Made by a program: the position numbers and the translations under genes. Source: Macrostomum lignano (taxonomy: Eukaryota). From it: a DNA stretch of 62,403 nt. Location of the stretch: the NCBI GenBank assembly GCA_002269645.1, contig NIVC01004057.1, forward strand, positions 1-62,403, read 5' to 3'. The notes beneath the pieces are model-generated. The model was not told where the DNA came from, did no database searches, and was given only the letters and a program-made list of their open reading frames with translations. Every line of letters begins with the position of its first letter. Position 1 is the stretch's first letter. Below, one piece after another: positions 1 through 28,844 of the stretch.

Positions 1-105
1 ATGTCAGGGATAGGAGTCAATCGGATGTCATGGGATAGGAGTCATGGGATGTCAGGGATAGGAGTCATGGGATTGTCCAGGGATAGGAGTCAATGCAGTG
101 TCAGG
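1..105. repeat. Degenerate ~20-bp tandem repeat (ATGTCAGGGATAGGAGTC-like), about 5 copies
   Basis: GGGATAGGAGTCA recurs directly; truncated by the window start. Confidence 0.7.
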
Positions 106-595
106 AAATGCGCTTTTATTTTACGTATTATTAAATTACTTAACTAACCAAAAATGCATGCTTGTATCACAAATATTTGTTATATATTGATTTGCACTCA
201 GTTTTAATTTTCTAATCAAATATAATATTGACCTTACTGAAGATTTGGATCGATTTATTATTAACGCAAATGCAACTGGGGTTGTCCATTCGCTTTCCAT
301 GGATGGATCAGATGTCAAACTGGGTGAGCATTTGATGCCGTTTAAGGTAGCAGGTTAAAATGGAAATTAAATTCAATCGATTCTTGTGCAGATCCAATTT
401 CGATGATCAAACGATAACTGCAGGCAGAAATTCTGGTCACTGAGGATAAAATGACAGCTCAGTTTAAAGTTTCGAGTATGCCAAAATTTAAATGCAGAAT
501 TACCGCCTAGATAGTTAAGCTCCCTTTGAATATAGCTTGTAATTTAGATGAGGCCTGAGGTCAATAAAAGGTACGAGCGTGGATCTAAGTTCTAG

Positions 596-1199
596 CTGAA
601 GTCAGTAGTATCTACAGTCTCTTTTATTTTCAATTCAGCCTGAAGTCAAACTGAGGTCCAATCTGAAGTCAGTCTGAAGCAATTTAATATCAATCTGAAG
701 TCAATCTAAAGCCAATCTGAAGCAACTCAAATTTCATCTGAAGTCAATCAGAAGTAAATTTGAAGTAAACCTGAAGTCAGTTGGAAGCAAATTAGTTAAT
801 CTGAAGTCAGTCTAAGTCAAGCTGAAGTCAATCTAAAGTCAAGCTGAAGTCAAGCTGAAGTCAATCTAAAGTCAAGCTGAAATCAAGCTGAAGTCAATCT
901 AAAGTCAAGCTGAAGTCAAGGTGAAGTCAAGGTGAAGTCAAGGTGAAGTCAAGGTGAAGTCAAGGTGAAGTCAAGCTGAAATCAAGCTGAAGTCAAGCTG
1001 AAGTCAAGCTGAAGTCAAGCTGAAGTCAAGCTGAAGTCAAGCTGAAGTCAAGCTGAAGTCAAGGTGAAGTCAAGCTGAAGTCAAGCTGAAGTCAAGCTGA
1101 AGTCAAGGTGAAGTCAAGCTGAAGTCAAGCTGAAGTCAAGCTGAAGTCAAGCTGAAGTCAAGCTGAAGTCAAGCTGAAGTCAAGCTGAAGTCAATCTGA
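596..1199. repeat. 11-bp minisatellite (AAGCTGAAGTC)n
   Basis: Homogeneous from ~820 to 1199, degenerate towards the left. Confidence 0.95.
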
Positions 1200-1627
1200 A
1201 GCAGATCAAAGACGCCTCTTTTGTCTTCAGAGAAACCTCAGGGCCAAGATGCAGCGAATTACGAAGTCGAACTCCAGGGGCCTCAGCCAAAATATTCCTC
1301 ATAGATGGCCGGAGCTGCTGTCCGCCTCCCATGATTAGCTGGGGATTTTCAAAAGCAGCAGCGGCAGGAAATCCCTGCTTCCCCTCTATTTCTTGATTAA
1401 AGAGAATGGGGAGTCCGGTTTCCAGGAAATCGCCAAGAGAAGCGAGTCCTGACCGCTTCATCTCCTGGGTACTGAAAGGAGATTAGCTGAGCGGGCCAAT
1501 GGATTTCTGTGACTTCCTGCTTCGGCCCTCCATCAACTATTGAGAATTTTTTGAATCTGATTGCTGAATAAAGTGCATGGTACCTACCACTCGCTTTCGA
1601 TAATCTGAGGGCACGATCGGACAATGT

Positions 1628-2539
1628 TGATGCCATAGACACAGATGCCATAGACACAGATGCCATAGACACAGATACCATAGACACAGATGCCATAGAC
1701 ACAGATGCCATAGACACAGATGCCATAGACACAGAGATGCCATAGACACAGAGATGCCATAGACACAGAGATGCCATAGACACAGATGCCATAGACACAG
1801 AGATGCCATAGACACAGATGCCATAGACACAGATGCCATAGACACAGATGCCATAGACACAGATGCCATAGACACAGATGCCATAGACACAGATGCCATA
1901 GACACAGATGCCATAGACACAGATACCATAGACACAGATGCCATAGACACAGATGCCATAGACACAGATGCCATAGACACAGAGATGCCATAGACACAGA
2001 GATGCCATAGACACAGATGCCATAGACACAGAGATGCCATAGACACAGATGCCATAGACACAGATGCCATAGACACAGATGCCATAGACACAGATGCCAT
2101 AGACACAGATGCCATAGACACAGATGCCATAGACACAGATGCCATAGACACAGATGCCATAGACACAGATGCCATAGACACAGATGCCATAGACACAGAT
2201 GCCATAGACACAGATGCCATAGACACAGATGCCATAGACACAGAGATGCCATAGACACAGATGCCATAGACACAGATGCCATAGACACAGATGCCATAGA
2301 CACAGAGATGCCATAGACACAGATGCCATAGACACAGAGATGCCATAGACACAGATGCCATAGACACAGATGCCATAGACACAGAGATGCCATAGACACA
2401 GATGCCATAGACACAGAGATGCCATAGACACAGATGCCATAGACACAGATGCCATAGACACAGAGATGCCATAGACACAGATGCCATAGACACAGATGCC
2501 ATAGACACAGATGCCATAGACACAGAGATGCCATAGACA
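1628..2539. repeat. 15/17-bp minisatellite GATGCCATAGACACA(GA)
   Basis: About 58 near-identical units; the long ORFs here are repeat artefacts. Confidence 0.97.
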
Positions 2540-3025
2540 GATTTTTGTATTACAAAACTGACAGCTCGCTAAGGCAATCTGCATTGGCATCTTGGATTGT
2601 AATCTGCGAAGAAAAAATGTTAATTGCAGTTTTGTAAAATTTTCCAAACCCTTGCCCAGAAACCGCGGGGCTTTTACTATACCTTAATTCCGACAATCGG
2701 CCCCAACCTCTACCCCTGTCGACGCCTGCGGCACAGAAAATATACAAACCCGACTGTTCTGTAGCTGATAGCCACACTTGATTGAAGGCGAGGTTTTGCA
2801 AGTTCTGCCCCCCACCCCCACATTTCATCCGCCCTGCTTTCAATGCATTCTAATTCATATTATTGAATCCGGCAGGTTGAACCAGAAGTGCAGGAAAGCA
2901 GATTCCTGCCAGCTGGTTATATTGATAGAGGCAACAGGGCAAATGCTCTTCCACCAAACATCTTCAACCTTTTTTGACTGTCAGAGCATTGTTTTTGGTA
3001 CCTTCGAACCGCTGTTATTTAATTT

Positions 3026-3262
3026 GTGCCATTGACAGCCAATGTAGTTAATTTGGTGCCATTGACAGCCAATTTTGTTAATTTGGTCCCATTGACAGCC
3101 AATTTTGTTAATTTGGTCCCATTGACAGCCAATTTTGTTAATTTGATGCCATTGACAGCCAAGTTTGTTAATTTGGTGCCATTGACAGTCAACTTTGTTA
3201 ATTTGGTGCCATTGCCAGCTAATTTCGTTAATTTGGTGCCATTGACAACCAACTTTGTTAAT
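3026..3262. repeat. 30-bp tandem repeat (TTGTTAATTTGGTGCCATTGACAGCCAATT), about 8 copies
   Basis: Visible 30-bp periodicity. Confidence 0.93.
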
Positions 3263-3766
3263 TTTAGTGAGAATTTCAGCTTAAGAACTCACCCTTTGTA
3301 CAGAATTACAATTTGAAGACAGATTTTTCTAACCAATGTGCTTTCCTATGGTATTTGCTGTTTGCTTTTGCCTAGCGGACAGGCTGCCTTACTGGCTGAG
3401 GACCTAACGAGTAAAAGATGCAAATCTAAGAATCAGAAAGAGCGCCACCGAAGATCAAGAAGAATGCTTTTAGCTGCGCACCAGCGTGTAGGGGATGAAA
3501 TTCGGGCACTGACTGCCCCGAGGGGATTTTCAGATAGGGAGAATACAAAAAGGACACAGTGACATTTTTAACCACTTCCTTTTCACAAGACGCTGACTTT
3601 CCCTAGGGGGGAGCCAGGCTGGGCGGATAAGCCGCAGTTCTTGTCTGCCTATTGGGGCTAATTAGGGCTCCTGGCGTTCCGGCCAGGAGTGAAACTTAGC
3701 TTTCTAGCTTCAGTAGGGTGCCAGCGTCTCACTCACTGCATCTCACCAACTACATCTACTGGCCAG

Positions 3767-7353
<3,587 letters not shown>

Positions 7354-8645
7354 AAATCGATAGATGTACTGATAATGCGAATTTCAGGACACTTTGGGAA
7401 ACGTTTCTATGGAATGAAACGGTGGTTCTCATACGAAATATTTCTTGAAGAAGCCACTTGTACTCGTAGTTCCCCGAATGCAAGGTGTTCCACCCAACTG
7501 CGCCGCAGTTTCCTGTGCCGTACGTTATATGAGCATTTAATCACAAAGCAATCCCGAAGCAGATTTTCGGTTTCCATGTTGTGCCCCTGAGCTAAAGCCA
7601 ATAAATCGTAGGTTTTGCGACCTTGAAATGTAAAAAAATACGATTAGTTCAGAGTTTTACAGCTAAAAAAGCCGTAGTGAATGAATGTCACAATCGAAAG
7701 TAGACATCATGCAGTACACAGAGGTGTATGGGGGCACTTGCACTAGAATTTGCTATTCACCCATCTGAATGTCAGCATTTCTGTAGCGATTTCAGGTCAG
7801 AGAGAGCCGATAAATTCAAGTAGTGCACGCAACTACCGATCTGCAGCCCAAGTCGAGCCCTGCATGGAGGTCACGACCCGTGTCTATCGCATGGCATTGG
7901 CCGAAGTCAATTCGGTGTCAATTCTTATCCAAACATCCCAATTGAAACCCATCGTTTTGGCCACCAACCCTGCATCCCCAGCATAGCAGTCTGCATGATT
8001 CCGGGAACCAGATGGGAAATCATGCAGATTCTGAAAATGCGCATATGGACGAGCGGCCGAGTACATGAAGCTTTCGTGCGTGCCCGTACACGAACAGATG
8101 GTGAGCTGCAGTAGTGCAGGACTTGCATCATAAATTCTTTAACAGTATATAGTTGACGAGCTAAAAATGCATGTACATGTATTTAGATTTATTTTAATGC
8201 TACATGTAGTGAATTGAATGAGTTCAATAACCTGGACAGCACGGGGGCCTGAAATTATCTGATTGAAACTACATGGACATGTATACTTCGAAATGTTCTA
8301 GACATAATTTATGGCCCTGCATGATATGGATACGCGTGATGACTTGAATGTACATATTTTATGCTAATGTATTTAGGCAAGGCCGCATATTCAAATTTAA
8401 GCGCATAAACATGCACTCACAATTCCAAAATATATAATTTCGATTGTGTAATGTGCTTTGTGCAGCGGCTCAGCTGCCATACTCTGACAATTTTTGTTCC
8501 CATATACTAGGCTTAAAAAGCCATGTACATGTAAGTGTATGTTTGTATGAATTCGTTTATCGTGACTAATCATCGAGAAAAGTTATACATGTACACATGC
8601 ACATGTACATGTACATCAAAATAAAAAAGTTGGGATTTGTACCAT

Positions 8646-10495
8646 GACTATGTGGCTATCGGGCGGGCTGATATTCGATTATTGCCATAGACTATTTCAT
8701 TCTGGCCTGAAAAGTCGGGCCGATAATGGATTATTTCCATTTCATGTATTTCAACCAAATAAACAAGAAACAAACAAACGAGTCAAACAAAGCAGTCAGA
8801 GTCCAGAGCCAAACTCAACTTTTGCAAAGCGACCTTTTCGCACTCACTTATAAACGTAACATTTAGCCCCGTTTTTCTCCAAGACGATCGTCGGGCCGGA
8901 TTTATCAGGCTGGCCAACAGTTGTGACGGCAGTTGGAACGCTAGATGACCGTTCGCACAGCGCAACTGACTCTTGTGCTTGATGACTGGCCACGCTCGAC
9001 GTAGAGGCATGTAGACTATCTGTGATTGCTGAAGACAATGCTCGCTTCTGGGCCACCGTTGTCCGCATTGTATAACGGACAACACTATCCACCTTTTTGT
9101 GTCCGGAGACGGTTTGAATCGCTTCGGCACTGAATCCAGCAGACGACAGGCTTGTTATGGTTGTTGCGCGGATAGAATGGTTAGTTTAGTCTCGCGAGAG
9201 CCTGGCCGCTTTCGAGATCGTCTTCATCATGTTGGCCAATGAGTTCTTGCCCAATACGTCCTTTGGGCAATACCATGCTTCATTCTGCCACTTGATGGCA
9301 GGCCTGGGAAACAGACAGCTATTCTCAGATAGAAGCTTCGAAAGATACAGTTTGATCGCTTCAACTGGACACACAGAGTTGTCTTGCACAGGAAAAATCC
9401 CAATCTCCCGATTGGACCGAGGGGCATCGGCAGACACACACTTTTCTTTCTTTTCCTTCGATAAGTCAACGCACGTCATACCTCCAGTAGATTCCCGCAG
9501 AATGACATATTTTTTCTCAAGCCCTCGAATCCATTCACGTCCACGAAAGGCAAAGTGCGAGCTCAGGAGAAAGAAGACTTCCTGTTGCAGTTTCTGTGGC
9601 GAGCTACGGTCAAATACGCATGCAACAACGCCAAATCTTCAGGCTCTAATGCGCGATACCCACCGTCACCATCCATCACTGAAGCTGGTTTCTTCAGCAA
9701 ATACCTAAGAGCAGCCCTGAAAGTCTTCTCAAAAGCGCTAAATTCAACATTGCCGATGATATCCAATCCTCGTAAATTTTTCAAGTACCGGTGGATTCCT
9801 GCGCGCATAACCAGAGAACTGCAACTGTACGCGGTTCTATCATCCTTTTTAACCACAGAAAAGTACAGGCGCAGATACTGTCATGAATATCGAGTCGGTA
9901 TCGTCTCAAGTTGTGATGGCAGTCCTCGATCTTCAAGAAACTTTCGGAAAGAGCAGCGTACGTAGCTGTTGCCTTCTCAGTAGACCAGACTTTACCCATG
10001 TCCTCCATCTTGGCAATTTCATTCAGGTCTTGGTCAGTCATAGCCGGACATGTGGATACTTCAGCCAGAAATGTATTAATCATTTCCTTCTCAAGTACTG
10101 GCAGTCCCGTGAACTGAGAAACAGCTTCTTCTTCCTCGCACAGTCCAACACTAAGCATATGGTCACGAATTGAAGTCGTCCGATGAGACACCAGAAATTT
10201 ATTTCTCTGCAATTCCTTTGTAGTTCAGCATGGTCGATTTTGAATATGACGGCAGCAGTCTCACTTGTTTCTCTCGTTTTTAACTTCTCTTCGCTTCTTT
10301 ATTCTTTCTCTTATAATGAACTGATAGTTATTTGGTTGAAATGTGAGGGCATCGCCCCCACACACCCCCATGCCCATATTCATCAATGCAGCTCATGCGC
10401 TCGTATAACTCAGCCACATAGTCTATGATACAATCACCGAAGGCGCCTCTGGCTTTCCCATTATCGCCCTTAAAGCCTGGGTGATAATATACTAA
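8646..10495 (-). mobile_element. Crypton-type DNA transposon (tyrosine recombinase), decayed
   Basis: Recombinase pseudogene inside; 12-bp subterminal inverted repeats GACTATGTGGCT (8646-8657) and AGCCACATAGTC (10412-10423); exact ends uncertain. Confidence 0.75.
8844..10212 (-). pseudogene. Crypton tyrosine recombinase (DUF3504 / KIAA1958-ZMYM-like domain)
   Basis: Joining frames gives KKDDRTAYSCSSL..RAGIHRYL..LDII..EF, FAFRGRE (catalytic R), CPVEAIKLYLSK, LGKNSLANMMKTISKAARLS, TNHSIRAT (HxxR), SGHK and VRY (nucleophile Y). Two frameshifts (~9815, ~9612) and a TAA at 9186-9188 in place of Tyr. Confidence 0.88.
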
Positions 10496-12614
10496 TTATA
10501 CGAGGCATACATGTGAAGTGCCAAATTAATGAATGAGCATTTAAAAGAACAGCCTAAATCGCAGCCAGAATTATTGTCAAGTCATCTATAGTAATTCCTT
10601 AGGCTGGCTGTCTATATCAGACTTTAAATTAAAGTGTCTAATTAGAGACTGCGTGTACATGTACATATACATGTGTAGCATGTTCCACAAGTAGAACTTT
10701 TCTGGATAAACACAGAGGTCATGATAAACAATTCAGAGCGTAATCACCAGTGGAAAAACGTTATTCTTAACGCAAATAATTCGCACTGTGTGATTCCAAA
10801 TAGTTTGTGCATCAAGTCAAGTTGTTTACAAGTAGCGAAGCCGAAGCCTGTCATCCAGTACAACTTTTTACGGCGTAAAGATATTCAAACAAATTAATTT
10901 GTGCAAAATAAAGGCTTAACGTTAACTTGAATAAATATGCCACACACTGTAATTTATCTATTAGGAATTTTTCAGGTATATGATGAAATTGCCCCTGTGT
11001 TGTAGCGGTAAAAGCTTGGTCCCATCTGTTTATTATCGATGAAGAGACAACATTTTTCTGGACCTGTGGTACTTTCTGAATACATTCTCCAAAAATCAAT
11101 TGACAATATTATGTTATGCTTATCCTTGTGTACTTTGTAACTTTTCCGTTCAGTTGAGAAGTTAAGCAGACCATGCGATGCTTTTAGCATTTTTTCGGGA
11201 CAGAGCAGTTAAAATTGTTTCACCTTAATATCCGAATTCCCAATTGTCTTGAATTTCTACAAGGTCCAGCAACTCCTGCCTCTGTCTGCTTCCTAAAACT
11301 CAATTGTTTGGATTGGGAAATTAATTCAGGCTTCAATGTATTTTTGAAATCCGTTTTCGACTTTTCATCCAAGTTTTTTTACTACGAATTCTGCTATTTG
11401 AAATTGAATTTCAGTTAAATTTATATGATAAGCTTTGCCTGTCTAGTCTTTAAATTAGAAAAATTTTTAGTTTTGTAGTCTTGAATGAGTTAATAGAAAT
11501 AAATGTTTATATTTTTTTCTCCTTTATAGTCATATTGTATTAAGTGCTTTATTTTGACATTTTTGCATTCAAGAAGCATTTTATAAAACAAAAATGTGCA
11601 CATTCATTAAAATAATTTCGTATTTTGAAAATAGAAATAATGCGTTTTCTGCCTCTGAGAAAAGCAAGGCTGCTATTAGTGTAAAAATCTATCTAGTTAC
11701 ATTATGTTTAATTCAACTTGCGAAGGAAAAAATATAGTTTAAATGCCTTATAAGATTTTTAGGATTTTAATGATACTTTAGGTCAACATTAGGACACTGC
11801 AATTTAGACATAAGATTGATAGGCTCCCGAGATAAATTATGATTTTATAATTAACAATAAAATTCCCATATAACAGTATTTTATTATAGTAAATATACTT
11901 TTTCGTACTAATTTTTATGGTAACAAATCGGAAAATTGGTTGAGCCATTTTTCCATGAATCAATTAGATACTCGTACGAGCTAGCAGTGTACAACGTCTC
12001 ATTTGATTTTGGTAAAGTTTTAGTCAGTCCCTGGCACGTGACACTGGTAGTTTAAATTACAAACCATAAACTAGCCTGTGCCCTGCGAAACAATGAGGAC
12101 TGCGAGTCCAAAGGTCCCTTACGAGAATAGAGCCTGTGTAAAGTGACATTAGGGGGGTAGAAAGTGAAGTTCACTTCCGGTTTAAATGTAGTTGAAAATT
12201 TTATAGTGTTTTCCGTGATTAACTTGAACAGGGAATCTCGGATAAAACAATAACAATAATAACACAGCAGTAGTAGTATATATAGTAGTATAAGCAGCTT
12301 TTTATTCTTTCTCTAATCATTGACTATTAAGCTCTAGCACTCTTTATTTACCAAACTGGTTGCAAGACTACATTGAACATGTATAGAAGCAGCAATAAAT
12401 TCTTCTATTTATATGTCTATGAATTAATAACAAAGAAAGATTCGTTTTAAAAAGCACTATTTTTTGTCCTTCACAGTCGTGTGTAGCGAGTAAAACATTT
12501 TTATATACTTTTAACTACTCGTATTTTGAAATGAAGTGATCGAATCCCCTTTATTTGGAAATTCACTCTCTCTATTGCACGTCCCAAACTATTGTCCTTG
12601 TAACTGTTCCCCGC

Positions 12615-13070
12615 AACCCGCCCCTCACTGAAACCCGCCCCTCACTGAAGCCCGCCCCTCCCTGAAACCCGCATCTCCCTGAAACCCGTCCCTCACTGAA
12701 GCCCGCCCCTCCCTGAAACCCGCATCTCCCTGAAACCCGTCCCTCCCTGAAACCCGTCCCTCCCTGAAACCCGCCCCTCCCTGAAACCCGTCCCTCCCTG
12801 AAACTCGCCCCTCCCTGAAACCCGTCCCTCCCTGAAACTCGCCCCTCCCTGAAACCCGTCCCTCCCTGAAACCCGCATCTCACTGAAACCCATCCCTCCC
12901 TGAAACCCGCATCTCCCTGAAACCCATCCCTCCCTGAAACCCATCCCTCCCTGAAACCCATCCCTCCCTGAAACCCATCCCTCCCTGAAACCCGCATCTC
13001 CCTGAAACCCATCCCTCCCTGAAACCCATCCCTCCCTGAAACCCGCCCCTCCCTGAAACCCGCTCTCCCT
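12615..13070. repeat. ~18-bp minisatellite (CCCTCCCTGAAACCCGTC-like)
   Basis: About 25 units. Confidence 0.95.
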
Positions 13071-14275
13071 TGAGTCCAGCCTCCATCAATCCGCCCCCAT
13101 CAGTCTGCAAATGAAAGCCTGCAGCCTCGCGCGCTAATTGCAGTGAAAAATTTCCCCACCGCAGTCTCCCCAGCATCCAAGCCAGTCCCGCCAGTCACGC
13201 ACGCTCAGAATAGAAAAGAAAGTTGGCTTCCGGGCAATGCGCCCACCCCAAATGCGACACAGCCTGCTGGCACATCCACCCATAAGAGAAGAGAGGCAGG
13301 GCACGACTGGCGAGATGAAAATGAGAGTTTTTTTAAAGCGAGGCTGACAGACAAAGTCGCTCCGCTCCGCGCAGCCAGAGTTTTCCATTTCGTCCATCCG
13401 GCCGCCTCCGCGGACTTTCGCAGTCCAATAAATTGGCGGCCCCTCGGCCCCAATTGGACAGCAGCGAAGCGAGAGACACTACAATAGGAGAGGAGGGTGA
13501 GGGAAGCCAGGGAGAAAAGCCGGAGAGACACACCTAGCAGGGTTTGGAGCATTCGTTGCTGGTCGAGATTTTTGCTTGAGCAGAGATTTTTTTGCCTTCG
13601 CGAGCAACAGCAGAGCCATGTGGTTGTCTGGCGGCGGACCGCCTGGGCCGGCGGCGCAACGGAAGCCCAGGTGAAACAAATTTATCTTTTTGCCTACTGT
13701 GCTCACCTCGCGTTGCTATGGAGAAATCACGGCGTCGAGTTCGAGGCTTTTTTGCGCCCCCCCCCCATTTCCCAATTGTTTTGCTGTGAGCTGCCTGGGG
13801 TAAATCGGTTCCTGTTTTTCCTTGGCAGCATTTCTCCACGCAACCAAGCAAGCCGTGTTGAGGCTGAAAATCGATAGGAGCAGCGCTGGGGGGGGGGGGC
13901 GGCAGGTTTGAGGAGAAACCTTGGGACTTTGCGCGAACGGCTGGCAAATGTTTGCCGAGCGGCCCTGCCCCCGCGGTTGCCATGGGCGCTACTGGAAAAT
14001 CCCCCCTTTCAGCCTGCTGCCGCATCGGCTTCGCCAACTTGGCCAGCCTCTCCATTTCTTTGGCTTCCAAGACTCTCGCTTAGCATTGCTTTTAGCGTCC
14101 GTTCAGCCAAGTGAAAAGCTTTTGTCTTCTGCTTTCAGCTCTTTCTTTCCCATGACTAGTGCACTTTTAAGAATTTAAAGATCCCATTGAAACATTTTCT
14201 TTAGAAATTAAAGAAGTACCAAGGAACATTTTTGGCAAGATGGCTTTGAGTGACATCCGAATGATTTCTGACAGC

Positions 14276-15795
14276 CCAAACTGGCATTCTTTGACACCCG
14301 AAACTGACTCCATCTGACAACCGGAACTGACTCCATCTGACACCCGAAACTGACTCCATCTGACAACCGGAACTGACTCCATCTGACAACCGGAACTGAC
14401 TCCATCTGACACCCGAAACTGACTCCATCTGACACCCGAAACTGACTGCATCTGACTCCCGAAACTGACTGCATCTGACACCCGAAACTGACTCCATCTG
14501 ACAACCGGAACTGACTCCATCTGACACCGAAACTGACTCCCTCTGACACCCGAAACTGACTCCATCTGACACCCGAAACTGACTCCCTCTGACTCTTGAA
14601 ACTGACTCCCTCTGACACCCGAAACTGACTGCATCTGACACCCGAAACTGACTCTATCTGACATCCGGAACTGACTGCATCTGACACCGAAACTGACTCC
14701 CTCTGACACCCGAAACTGACTCCATCTGACACCCGAAACTGACTCCCTCTGACACCCGAAACTGACACCCGAAACTGACTCCATCTGAAACCCGAAACTG
14801 ACTCTCTCTGACACCCGAAACTGACTGCATCTGACTCCCGAAACTGACACCCGAAACTGACTCCCTCTGACACCCGAAACTGACTCCCTCTGACACCCGA
14901 AACTGACTCCATCTGACACCCGAAACTGACACCCGAAACTGACTCCATCTGACACCCGGAACTGACTGCATCTGACTCCCGAAACTGATTCCATCTGACT
15001 CCCGAAACTGACTCCTCTGACACCCGAAACTGACACCCGAAACTGTCTCCTCTGACTCTTGAAACTGACTCCCTCTGACACCCGAAACTGACTGCATCTG
15101 ACTCTCGAAACTGACACCCGAAACTGACTCCCTCTGACACCCGAAACTGACTCCCTCTGACACCCGAAACTGACTCCATCTGACACCGAAACTGACTCCC
15201 TCTGACACCCGAAACTGACTCCCTCTGACACCCGAAACTGACTCCATCTGACACCCGAAACTGACACCCGAAACTGACTCCATCTGAAACCCGAAACTGA
15301 CTCCCTCTGAAACCTGAAACTGACTGCATCTGACTCCCGAAACTGACACCCGAAACTGACTCCCTCTGACACCCGAAACTGACACCCGAAACTGACTCCC
15401 TCTGACACCCGAAACTGACTCCATCTGACACCCGAAACTGACACCCGAAACTGACTCCATCTGACACCCGGAACTGACTGCATCTGACTCCCGAAACTGA
15501 CTCCATCTGACTCCCGAAACTGACTCCTCTGACACCCAAAACTGACACCCGAAACTGACACCCGAAACTGTCTCCTCTGACTCTTGAAACTGACTCCCTC
15601 TGACACCCGAAACTGACTCCATCTGACACCCGGAACTGACTCCCTCTGACACCCTAAACTGACTCCCTCTGACACCCGGAACTGACTCCCTCTGACACCC
15701 TAAACTGACTCCCTCTGACACCCGAAACTGACTCCATCTGACACCCGAAACTGACTCCATCTGACACCCGAAACTGACACCCCCTCTGACACCCA
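14276..15795. repeat. 23-bp minisatellite (CTGACACCCGAAACTGACTCCAT) with 12-bp sub-units
   Basis: ~1.5 kb array; explains the artefactual ORFs. Confidence 0.97.
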
Positions 15796-16194
15796 GCCGT
15801 CTCTGGCACCCCAAATCCCACATCCTCTATTTGTTGCCGTATCTGTTTTTTGGCCTGTCTAGAAGCGCCTCGCGGGCTAAAAATAGCGACTCCCCAACTA
15901 CTGTTGAGCGCTACGCAACTAATGAGCCAAGCCTGAGCACCGAGACCGACTGCGAGACAACACAAAAATTCCACCCACGCCCACGGGTTTGCGCGACTCC
16001 CTCCTGCCCGCAGTTTTTTTTGCGGTTCCTCCCTGCCTTTTTCGGCAGTAATTATGAAAATTGCTTTGCATATTTTTGTTTTATTTCTTTTCTGGCCTTG
16101 TAACCAGGGGCAACCGAGTTAAATTTTCTATTTCTGACTGAGTGAATCAATAGTTTTAAAAAGTCCCATGAGCTCTTAATTTCGCGTCGCCTGA

Positions 16195-27429
<11,235 letters not shown>

Positions 27430-28219
27430 TCTGAGGGAGACGCAAGCCCTGTGAAGATGGCCAATCAAATCTGAAATTATCAATTCGTCTTTTCATTAAC
27501 CGCCTTGACGAATTGCAATTCCTAACCTATTGATAGGACCTTTGAAATAATTTTAATTGAGAAATTTTGACTGGCAGCTTCGGTGATTTGTGGGAATTTT
27601 TCAATCAGAAATTTTCAACCTTCTCCGTCCGAAATCGACTAAGACAATCAAATGCACAGATTTTTTTAGAAAATTTCAATTTTCCCTCTCCTTTTCTGCG
27701 AAACCGAACTCGATAAATCCCAGCATAATAAAGCTGCACTATTACCCATTGGTTTGATGTCGTCCCCAGTTACCTCTCCAGCCTCCCTTCAGCTGCGCCC
27801 TATTCTCAGGAAGCTTCCGATGCTGAAATTCTTTTTATTTTTAACCCAATGAGCATTACTTGCTACTTTTAGTAGAGCAGTTGCAGAAAAATTGTTTCTC
27901 TTTTTGAAAAACTGTTACAGACAAAGAGCAGTTCCTTGTTGAAGGCACAGTTGGAGCAAGATGATTTTCTTTATTTATTCGCTCAGATGTAACTAATCCA
28001 TGCTGGTCCAGATGGCTCTCTGTTCTCTTCGTTGAGTTAAGCAAATATAATCACAAGCCTGACTTGCAATATCGCCTTTAAGCAGGGCGCCACATTCCTG
28101 CTCATTACGCTGCCCTTTTCTCTAATCAATGCGAGTGCGAAATTTCAATGTTTTTCTTAGAATTTCTGTTTTCTGTATCAGTTGATAGGAGAGACGCTTC
28201 ACAGGACACGCCTCAAGGC

Positions 28220-28405
28220 TGCAACCCTCAACCCAGCACCCCTACACTCCAGCACCCATACACCCCAGCACCCCTCCACCCAGCACCCATCCACCCTAGC
28301 ACCCCTCCTCCCCAGCACCCCTCCACCCAGCACCCCTCCACCCCAACACTCCTCCACCACAGCACCCCTCCACCCCAGCACCCCTCCACCCCAGCACCCC
28401 TCCTC
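28220..28405. repeat. C-rich degenerate repeat (CCCAGCACCCCTCCA)
   Basis: Visible periodicity. Confidence 0.8.
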
Positions 28406-28844
28406 CAGAATTATGCTGCATCTCCAACCCTCAGCTCATCTTCGTCAACAGATTCGTACGAGTACATCGCGGCTTTACTACACCTTCTGCTGTCCTCTTA
28501 ATCCGAATCTGTTCAATCAGAGATTTTTATCTATAATTTCTCTCGCAATGCGGAGCACATGCGAGCAGATAGCGAAAGTGATGAAGCCCGCCTGTCCATG
28601 TCGGTTGCTGCTTTGCATCTGAATTTCCTGAGTACGTGGGTAGAAAAGCTTTGAAGAATAGAAGACTAATCTTAGTTTATAATTAAGGCTTCTATTTTTG
28701 CGCTGCTTTGTTTGTGCAGCCATCTTTACGTAGTTGGACAGCGGTCGGACGCACAGAACTGACAAACTGAGTAAATCAAGTACATATGCATTCATAATCT
28801 GCAACGTCTGAAATGATCTACTGATCTAATATTAATAACCAGAC

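Noticed and set aside
1397-2647. Long ORFs (316-416 aa) across the 15-bp array
   Set aside because: They are translations of a stop-free tandem repeat in several frames; no evidence of coding
130-3600. Possible minus-strand exons between the repeats (~236-325, ~1200-1620, ~2640-3010)
   Set aside because: Some splice-like signals, but I could not assemble a consistent frame or recognise a domain
10850-11420. Fragmented AT-rich minus-strand reading frames, possibly a decayed transposase or viral gene
   Set aside because: Many stops and no diagnostic motif
12268-12292. AGTAGTAGTATATATAGTAGTA as a Polinton terminus (also CTACTACTACT near 52329)
   Set aside because: No viral ORFs or TIR partner nearby; simple-sequence runs
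13100-14180. GC-rich ORFs, e.g. 13534-14070 (-)
   Set aside because: Non-ATG start, low-complexity composition and no domain; more like regulatory or UTR sequence
14167-15974. ORFs up to 502 aa on the minus strand (similar ones at 12572-13176, 19188-20189 and 26100-27496)
   Set aside because: Minisatellite artefacts
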